From: Chloroflexota bacterium | GTDB taxonomy: Bacteria > Chloroflexota > Anaerolineae > Aggregatilineales > Aggregatilineaceae | DNA length: 64,000 bases | NCBI GenBank assembly: GCA_012729765.1 | Contig: JAAYCM010000129.1 | Location: 47,481-111,480, forward strand | Direction: 5' to 3' | Part shown: positions 57,579 through 64,000 of the stretch, in pieces | Layout: every line of letters starts with the position of its first letter | Numbering within the stretch: the first letter of the stretch is position 1 | Notes under the pieces: model-generated | The model's database searches: none | The model's input: only the letters and a program-made list of their open reading frames with translations | What the model was told of the DNA's origin: nothing | Translations under genes and position numbers: made by a program

Positions 57579-58142
57579 ATGACCCATCCCTACCAACCCT
57601 ACCTGGATGAAATTCTGATCGACAGCAGCGCCATCGAGCAGCGTGTCCGCGAACTGGGTGAACAAATTACGGTTGACTACACCGGCACCGGCAATCTGCT
57701 GCTGCTCTGCATCCTCAAGGGCGGCGTGATGTTCCTGACCGACCTGATGCGCCATATCGACGTGCCGCACAGCATCGACTTCATGGCGATCTCCAGCTAT
57801 GGCGGCGGCGTGCGCGAATCTTCCGGTCGCGTGCGGATCGACATGGACCTGCGCCAGGATATCGCCGGCAAAAATATCCTGATCGTTGAGGATATCATCG
57901 ACAGCGGCCACACCATGCAGTACATCCTCAGCCTGCTCGAAACGCGCCAGCCCGCCAGCCTCCGGATCTGCACCCTGCTCAGCAAGCCCAGCCGCCGCCT
58001 GGTGCCGGTCCCGCTGGATTACGTCGGGTTCGAGATTCCCGACAAATTCGTCTTTGGCTATGGCCTCGACCTGGACGAGCACTTTCGCAATCTGCCCTTT
58101 GTGGGCGTGTGCAAGCCTGGCATCAAATTTGGAGCGGGCTAA
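57579..58142 (+). CDS. hpt: Hypoxanthine phosphoribosyltransferase
   Basis: 187 aa. LLLCILKGGVMFLTDL, the PRPP-binding loop ILIVEDIIDSGHTM, and FVFGYGLDLDEHFRNLPFV. Confidence 0.93.
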   Translation: MTHPYQPYLDEILIDSSAIEQRVRELGEQITVDYTGTGNLLLLCILKGGVMFLTDLMRHIDVPHSIDFMAISSYGGGVRESSGRVRIDMDLRQDIAGKNILIVEDIIDSGHTMQYILSLLETRQPASLRICTLLSKPSRRLVPVPLDYVGFEIPDKFVFGYGLDLDEHFRNLPFVGVCKPGIKFGAG

Positions 58143-59639
58143 GTGGCTCTCCCCCCGTCGCGCCCGCTGCTCTGGCATCCCGCCGTTGAGACAATCTGCG
58201 CGCTGATTCCGGCGGGCGAAGAAGTCTATCTGGTCGGGGGTGCCGTGCGCGACGCCTGGTTGCAGCGCCCCCTGCGCGACATCGACCTTGCCACACCCGA
58301 CGATGGCCGTCCCCTGGCGCGCCGCATTGCCAATGCGTTGCACGGCGCGTACTACTCGCTGGACCCGGAGCGCGGAGTCGGACGGGCCTTAATCCCCTGG
58401 AAAGGCGCGCAGTTGGTCGTGGACGTGGCCCAGTTTCGCGGCCCCGACCTGCTTACCGATCTGCAGAAGCGCGACTTCACGCTCAATGCGATGGCGGTGC
58501 GCGTCGCGGGCGATCTCCAGACCGTGATCGATCCCCTGGGCGGACAGCACGATCTCGCCCAGAAACGGCTGCGCCAGTGCAGCCCCACGTCGATCGCCGA
58601 TGATCCCGTGCGGGCGCTGCGCGCCGTGCGCGCCAGCCTGACCTTCGGCCTGACTATCGAACCGGCCACGCGCGAGTCGATCCGGCAGGCCGGACCCCGG
58701 CTCGGCACCGCCTCGACCGAGCGGGTCCGCGACGAATTCTTCAATCTGCTGGATGCCCGGCACCCGGCAGGCGCGCTGCGGGCGCTCAAGCAGCTCGGTC
58801 TGCTAGCCCAGATCATCTCCCAGACCGAGGCCATGCAGCATGTAGCGCAAAGCCCGCCGCACGAGTTCGACCTGTGGAATCATACGCTGGCCGTGATCGA
58901 GCATCTGGACGTCATTCTGGAGATTATCAGCCCCACCCGCAGCCCCGATCTGACGACCAACATTCAGCTTGGGCTGGCGGCTTTCGCCCTGGACCCGCTG
59001 CGCCCGGCCTTGCAGGAACATCTGGCCCACGAGTGGGCCAACGGGCGCAGCCATCACGCCCTGCTGATGCTGGCCGCCCTACTCCACGACTCCGGCAAGC
59101 CTGCCGTGCGCGCCATCCGCCAGGGCCGGATTCGCTTCTGGGGACATGATCAGGTTGGGGCCGAGATCGCGGAAACGGTCGCCCAAACGCTGCGGCTGAG
59201 CAACGACGAACTGGCGCGGCTGGTCGCCATCGTGCGCCACCATATGCGCCCGCTGCTGCTGCACAATGGTCCCACGATCTCCGCGCGCGCGATTTACCGC
59301 TTCTGGCGCGACACCGGCCCGGCGGGCGTGGACGTGTGCCTGCTGTCATTGGCCGATCAGCTTGGCACCTACGGCCCCAGGCTCGATCACACCGAGTGGC
59401 AGGCCTATCTCGACTCCGTGCGCGCGCTGCTCGACAGCTACTACTTCCGGCGCGAGACGGCGGTCGCGCCCCCCGCCCTGCTCACCGGGCAAGACCTGAT
59501 CCAGCACTTCGACCTGGTGCCCGGCCCACAGATCGGCAGCCTGCTGGAGCGTCTCCGCGAAGCACAGGTGATGGGCAAAATCACGACCCAAAAAGAAGCG
59601 CTGGACTGGGTCCAGCGCGTGCTCGGCAAAATCTCCTGA
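58143..59639 (+). CDS. cca: CCA-adding tRNA nucleotidyltransferase / poly(A) polymerase-family protein with HD domain
   Basis: 498 aa. GTG start immediately after the hpt stop. VYLVGGAVRDAWLQRPLRDIDLAT, RDFTLNAMA, and HD-domain LLHDSGKP. Confidence 0.88.
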   Translation: MALPPSRPLLWHPAVETICALIPAGEEVYLVGGAVRDAWLQRPLRDIDLATPDDGRPLARRIANALHGAYYSLDPERGVGRALIPWKGAQLVVDVAQFRGPDLLTDLQKRDFTLNAMAVRVAGDLQTVIDPLGGQHDLAQKRLRQCSPTSIADDPVRALRAVRASLTFGLTIEPATRESIRQAGPRLGTASTERVRDEFFNLLDARHPAGALRALKQLGLLAQIISQTEAMQHVAQSPPHEFDLWNHTLAVIEHLDVILEIISPTRSPDLTTNIQLGLAAFALDPLRPALQEHLAHEWANGRSHHALLMLAALLHDSGKPAVRAIRQGRIRFWGHDQVGAEIAETVAQTLRLSNDELARLVAIVRHHMRPLLLHNGPTISARAIYRFWRDTGPAGVDVCLLSLADQLGTYGPRLDHTEWQAYLDSVRALLDSYYFRRETAVAPPALLTGQDLIQHFDLVPGPQIGSLLERLREAQVMGKITTQKEALDWVQRVLGKIS

Positions 59640-59653
59640 AGACGGCGGCGCGC

Positions 59654-60259
59654 CTAGTCGGGCGCTTCCGTCTCGGCTTCCTCTTCCGCCTCAAGGTCTT
59701 CCGGGTCGGGCCGCTCGAAGAACCACAGCAGCGTCTTGCCATAGCTGCGCTCGTCGAACAGTTCCAGAGTGCTCAGCGACACGTCGTCGCGCTCGTCGGG
59801 ATCGATCTGCACCACCACCACGCCATCCGGATTCAGGTGCTCCGGGTTGGCGTCGAGCGTGAGCAGCGCTTCCTTCCAGATGCCTTTGTACTGCGGCGGC
59901 GCGACATAGATATAGTCGAACGGCTCCGCCGATCGCCGGCGCAGATAGACCAGTGCGTCGGTGCGCAGAACCTCGGCCCGGTCGGCCAGCCGTGTCGTCT
60001 CCAGGTTCTCATGGATCGTGCGGATCGCCATGCGGTCCATGTCGATGAATACCGCCCGCGCCGCGCCCCGGCTCAGCGCCTCGATTCCCACGCTGCCGGT
60101 TCCGGCAAACAGATCGAGGAACGATGCGCCATGAATACCCGATCCCAGGATATTGAACAGCGCTTCCTTGACACGGTCCATGATCGGACGTGTAGACTCG
60201 CCGGGAACCAGCTTGAGCTTACGGCCTTTGGCGCTTCCAGCAATCACGCGGATCGGCAC
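59654..60259 (-). CDS. rsmD: 16S rRNA (guanine966-N2)-methyltransferase RsmD, with an acidic C-terminal tail
   Basis: MPIRVIAGSAKGRKLKLVPGESTRPIMDRVKEALFNIL, SAM motif LDLFAGTGSVGIEALSRGA, and DYIYVAPPQY. The tail is EDLEAEEEAETEAPD. Confidence 0.9.
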   Translation of the reverse strand: MPIRVIAGSAKGRKLKLVPGESTRPIMDRVKEALFNILGSGIHGASFLDLFAGTGSVGIEALSRGAARAVFIDMDRMAIRTIHENLETTRLADRAEVLRTDALVYLRRRSAEPFDYIYVAPPQYKGIWKEALLTLDANPEHLNPDGVVVVQIDPDERDDVSLSTLELFDERSYGKTLLWFFERPDPEDLEAEEEAETEAPD

Positions 60260-60277
60260 AGCGGTTCTCCGTTCGGC

Positions 60278-61261
60278 TCAGCTTTCGACCACTTCGCGGG
60301 CGGCGCGAATATTCGAGGTGGGTGTCGTCGTCATGATCACACACCCCGTTGAAAGGACGAACCGCCGCCCGTTGGTCTGCTCCATCGCCTGCCGCGCCTG
60401 CGTCCGAACTTCGACCGGCGTCCCGTTATGCATCGGGTCCCACCGTCCCAGGCCGCCGCACACTGCACCTTTGAACTTCAGCTTGCCTTCCGCGAGAGTC
60501 GGGCTGGTTTCACGATCGTGCCAATTGATCACCTGCAACGGGTAATCGGCCACCAGGTCGAACATCGGCGCGCTGCCATGCAGGTGCATCACGTTCAGCC
60601 ACCAGTCGTCGGGCAGCGCTTCCAGGATACGCAGATCGTAGGGGCGGCCAAACTCCTGATACTCGCTCTCGCTCATAACCGCATACGAGGCGTGCTGGAG
60701 CGCATAGAAAATACCTGCTACGCCGCTGCGCCGGATCGCATCGATCAAGCGCAGCGTGCTTTCGGTGATCGTATTCAGCCCGGTCTTGACCCGGTCGGGG
60801 GCGGTGCGCATATGCTCGATCAACAGCCCCGGTCCGGCGATATTCTTGGCCTGGGCCAGCGGGCTGAAGATCGTCTGGATAAACGGCACGTCTTCGCCAA
60901 ACTCGTCCTTCAGCAGGCGCAGCACATCTACCTGCCGCGCCAATGCCCCGCGAGATGGGTCCAGCACGCGCAATTCGGTCCAGTCCAGCGAGCGCTCGAC
61001 CGCCCGACGCACATACTCGCGTGTGCCTTCCAGGTGTCCCACCCAGCGATCCTGCACACCGTAATCGGCGATGGCAAAGCTGCTGGCCGGCGTGACCTTC
61101 ACGAAGTCGAAATCCCAGCGCCGCTGAAATGCGATCGTGGCTTCCGCCAGATCAGCCGAGCGCTGATCGTCGCCCGGCCAATGCCGCCACAGCGCCACCG
61201 GGACACGATCGGTTTCTTCCCCCGCGATCGTTTTCTCCAGCCGTTCTCGCTTAGACAGCAT
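60278..61261 (-). CDS. Uroporphyrinogen decarboxylase (URO-D)-family protein, MtaA/CmuA-like rather than canonical HemE
   Basis: 327 aa. The N-terminal ERLEKTIAGEETDRVPVALWRHWPGDD pattern and overall length fit URO-D-like proteins. Canonical HemE N-terminal motifs were not seen. Confidence 0.7.
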   Translation of the reverse strand: MLSKRERLEKTIAGEETDRVPVALWRHWPGDDQRSADLAEATIAFQRRWDFDFVKVTPASSFAIADYGVQDRWVGHLEGTREYVRRAVERSLDWTELRVLDPSRGALARQVDVLRLLKDEFGEDVPFIQTIFSPLAQAKNIAGPGLLIEHMRTAPDRVKTGLNTITESTLRLIDAIRRSGVAGIFYALQHASYAVMSESEYQEFGRPYDLRILEALPDDWWLNVMHLHGSAPMFDLVADYPLQVINWHDRETSPTLAEGKLKFKGAVCGGLGRWDPMHNGTPVEVRTQARQAMEQTNGRRFVLSTGCVIMTTTPTSNIRAAREVVES

Positions 61262-61265
61262 CCCC

Positions 61266-61604
61266 TCACTCGCTTCGGGTATCGCTGTTCTGGCGCAAAA
61301 AGGCTTCGATCTGGTCGATCTGTTGGGTCGCCATGCGGTTGAGCATAAAGTAGCGCCCCGGCTCGCCAGCCTCTAGCTCCAGTTGTGCCGCGATCAGCTC
61401 CTTCACCCGCCGGAAGGCTTCCAGTGCCCTGGCTTTATCGCCCGCATTCCGGTACGACAGCCCCAGGCCCCAGTGCGCATCGATATGTTCGGGCACTTCC
61501 TGAAGCAGCTCTTCAAACCGCTCAATGGCGACCTGTTGTTGGCCGTCATAATGCGCCTTCCAGGCTTCGCCAATCTTAATATCAATGTCCTGTCGTTCGT
61601 TCAT
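61266..61604 (-). CDS. Small TPR-like protein
   Basis: Start at ATG 61604 (MNERQDIDIKIGEAWKAHYDG). AIERFEELLQEVPEHIDAHWGLGLSYRNAGDKARALEAFRRV is a TPR pair. Lies 4 nt upstream of the URO-D-like gene. Confidence 0.55.
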   Translation of the reverse strand: MNERQDIDIKIGEAWKAHYDGQQQVAIERFEELLQEVPEHIDAHWGLGLSYRNAGDKARALEAFRRVKELIAAQLELEAGEPGRYFMLNRMATQQIDQIEAFLRQNSDTRSE

Positions 61605-61706
61605 GCTGCTCTCCACGGCACACAAGGTGAAAAACTAGCCGGGCTGTCCGGTAGCGCTCCTAATGAGTATACAAGCCCCGACCGACATAGCAAGCAAATC
61701 GCGCGC

Positions 61707-64000
61707 TCATGGGCGCAGTTCCAGCGCTGTCGGCAGCACAATCTGCGCGCCCAGGCTCGCCCCATGCTCGTCACGGATTCCCAGCGTCTCCATCGTATTG
61801 CAGGCAAACAGGCTGAGCTGGCTGCACCGCCCCACACGGATCACGATCTGATACGTGCCTGGCGGCGTGTCCCGGTCGAGCGTGAAGCCGTACTCGTCGC
61901 GGATATAGTAGTCGAGCAAGGGCCAGTGCGCCCACTGACTGGTCGGAATCATACCGGGATGCCGGTGGCGGGCGGAAACAAGGCGGGCCGCCGGTGCATC
62001 CACCGTCATGAGGCTGACTTCAACCTGATAGTCGGGCAGGTTGGGCCGCGCCGCACGCCAGTACAGGGTCACATCCACCCGATCGCCCCCACTCAGGGAA
62101 CGGTCAGGTTCCAAATCATACCCCAAAAGCTCGATCCCGCCCTGCACCGAAAGCGGCAGCGCATGCCCGGCAGCGAGCACCACCCCGCGTGGCGACTCGG
62201 TCGTAAAGATATCCGGCTCCAGGCGCACGAGCAGCCCCGACGCGGCGAACAAGGCGAATCCCCAGGCAAAGACGAGATACGGTGCGAGCTGCCGCCGATG
62301 CCGGACCGGCTCATCACCAACCATCCGCTCACGTTCATTCGCGGCCTCGCCCCGGCGCTCCAGATGCATGATCGTCAATGCCAACCCAAGCAGCCCCACT
62401 CCGGCCACGATCCAGCCGAGATTGCGCGCGCGAGTGCTGCCAAACGTCAGCGAGACTTCATGCTGGCCGTCGGGAACATTCACGAGCATAAAGCCGGACG
62501 GCTGCTCGACACGGATCGGCGCGGGATTTCCGTCGATCCGCGCCCGCCAGCCGGGAAAATAGAAGGTGAGCACCGTCAGGCTTACCGGGGTGCTGGCACT
62601 CACCGCGAAGCGGTCCGACTGGGGCCGGTGCTCGATCACGTCGATCTGCACCGCCGGCGGAACGGGATCGCGCAGGATTTTGTCCACGACGCCGGTTTGA
62701 TAGGAGGCATGCAGCGCCGGTGATGGCCCTGGAACAGTCCGCACGGCATTGGGAATCAACCAGCCGGCATAATGCGAGGCCGCCGCATAGCCTGCTTCGT
62801 CCCACACTATCGCGTTCGGTTCGGTCTGTGGAATGTTTGCCGGCTGTGGCACGGCCAGTATCGGCAGGGCCGCCAGCACGAGCAGGACCAGCGTGCCCGC
62901 CGTCACCAGCGCCGCGTATCCGGGCCGCAGCGACATTTCGGCCCAGTGCCCAAGCTGCCCCACCCCGACCGCGCCGCAGAACACGATCACGGCCAGCAGG
63001 TCGCGCGCATCAAATCCGGGCCAGGCGGGTAACAGCGCATCCCAAAGCCTGGCGGCTGGCGGCGTCGCCAGGATCACCAGCAGCACGCCCACGACGATAA
63101 AATACAGCCCCTGCCACTGTTCAGGCGTCACTTCCCGGCGCATCTGCTGCCATCGTCCCGCCGACCGCCGCCAGATCGTGGCCGCGCCCAGCACGACCCC
63201 TGCCAGGGTGAGCACCCACAGGGCCACGCCGATCGCGGGCGTAGGAACTGGATTGATCGCGCTCAGGTCGAGCAACGCCGGTTGGCCCAACATCTCCAGC
63301 AGCGACAGCCCGCTCGCTGGTGCTTCCAGTTCCGCTGAGATCGGCTCCCAGCGCACGTCGCCGCGTTCAAGCAGCGCTGGCAGCCAGAAGAAGGCGCTCA
63401 GCGCAATCGACAGCCCGAACGCCAGCGCTATCCGCCACTGCCCCGTGCGCGGTTCGGGGCGGGTCAGCGTGTCCCAGCCCAGCCAGCCCAGCAAAATGAC
63501 TGCCTGGACCAGGTTCAACGGCGTGTCAGCCAGCCACAGCGCCGCCAGCAGGAGCGCCGCCCATGCGATCGGCCAGCCACCGGGGCCGCTCCGAACCCGG
63601 TCCAGCGCCCACAGCGCCGCCGGGAAGAGGCCCATCGCCAGCAGGCCCGCCAGATCGCCGTCAAGATAGGGCTTGACCTGCGCGACCTGTGGGCTGTAGA
63701 GATAGGCGGCAGCGGCCAGCAGTCCCGCATACATCCCCCAGCGCTGCCGGACAAACACCAGCATCTCCAATCCCGCCAGCCCCACTGCCAGCGCGGTGAT
63801 CATTTTGATGCTCAGCTCTGGGCTGGTCTGGGCCAGGACGTGGTGCATGCCGGTCAGATAGTGTGGCAGCGGGGGGAGATAGTTCCACAGCGGCGAGCCG
63901 TAGCCGTAGTTGAAATCGGGCGCCCACCGGGGATACAACACATCGGCCTGGATGCTCTGCGCCATCTGGACTGTCCGGCTTATCAGGCCCTGCATCCCGA
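61707..64000 (-). CDS. Large polytopic membrane protein, glycosyltransferase-C-like (ArnT/PMT/YfhO-type topology) with C-terminal extracytoplasmic domain; N-terminus probably beyond the right edge
   Basis: More than 762 aa. The frame is still open at base 64000. VLYPRWAPDFNYGYGSPLWNYLPPLPHYL is followed by about 12 hydrophobic helices and a ~280-aa soluble C-terminus. The family assignment is from memory and tentative. Confidence 0.6.
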   Translation of the reverse strand, partial: GMQGLISRTVQMAQSIQADVLYPRWAPDFNYGYGSPLWNYLPPLPHYLTGMHHVLAQTSPELSIKMITALAVGLAGLEMLVFVRQRWGMYAGLLAAAAYLYSPQVAQVKPYLDGDLAGLLAMGLFPAALWALDRVRSGPGGWPIAWAALLLAALWLADTPLNLVQAVILLGWLGWDTLTRPEPRTGQWRIALAFGLSIALSAFFWLPALLERGDVRWEPISAELEAPASGLSLLEMLGQPALLDLSAINPVPTPAIGVALWVLTLAGVVLGAATIWRRSAGRWQQMRREVTPEQWQGLYFIVVGVLLVILATPPAARLWDALLPAWPGFDARDLLAVIVFCGAVGVGQLGHWAEMSLRPGYAALVTAGTLVLLVLAALPILAVPQPANIPQTEPNAIVWDEAGYAAASHYAGWLIPNAVRTVPGPSPALHASYQTGVVDKILRDPVPPAVQIDVIEHRPQSDRFAVSASTPVSLTVLTFYFPGWRARIDGNPAPIRVEQPSGFMLVNVPDGQHEVSLTFGSTRARNLGWIVAGVGLLGLALTIMHLERRGEAANERERMVGDEPVRHRRQLAPYLVFAWGFALFAASGLLVRLEPDIFTTESPRGVVLAAGHALPLSVQGGIELLGYDLEPDRSLSGGDRVDVTLYWRAARPNLPDYQVEVSLMTVDAPAARLVSARHRHPGMIPTSQWAHWPLLDYYIRDEYGFTLDRDTPPGTYQIVIRVGRCSQLSLFACNTMETLGIRDEHGASLGAQIVLPTALELRP

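Noticed and set aside
915-62723. Many long ORFs in the track lie antisense to, or out of frame with, the genes called here. Examples: 915..2120, 2306..3592, 14230..15492, 23939..25573, 26006..26659, 27695..28918, 29509..30354, 45779..47305, 47355..48329, 49248..50738, 50781..52370, 57546..58343, 61383..62723.
   Set aside because: They are typical high-GC shadow ORFs. Their translations are dominated by R/A/G/P/H/Q runs with no recognisable motifs. Each is fully covered by an opposite-strand or other-frame gene with clear family signatures.

Overview
A 64 kb, gene-dense, high-GC bacterial chromosomal segment with short AT-rich intergenic islands. By eye GC is a little above 60%. Most of it is housekeeping: trpS, smpB, plsX-fabF, trmFO, hflX, rbsK, acnA, hpt, cca, rsmD and three tRNA genes. 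Envelope, signalling and large repeat proteins are interleaved with these. The gene content suggests a Chloroflexota-like organism: a lone RND pump without partner genes, TrmFO, SH3b and PPC repeat proteins, and many TPR proteins. That assignment is low-confidence inference. I saw no rRNA, CRISPR array, transposase, reverse transcriptase or cas-like gene. The only mobile-element-type gene is a tyrosine recombinase at 37454..38935. Its N-terminus reads like a TIR domain. It sits beside the only large non-coding, low-GC stretch in the window (38936..39558) and beside an RND transporter with a very large repeat-containing insertion. I consider this integrase / orphan DNA / RND block (37.3-44.7 kb) the most unusual part. 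Other items worth a second look:
- a 2548-aa protein built from about 22 tandem beta-sandwich repeats
- a STAND NTPase with a sigma-region-4-like N-terminus
- a translationally coupled pair of UvrD-like proteins at the left edge
- a 360-bp structured non-coding region downstream of the RND gene
- several conserved-hypothetical gene pairs
All calls come from reading the ORF track and the sequence by eye. Motif coordinates were hand-counted and may be off by 1-2 nt. No database search was run.
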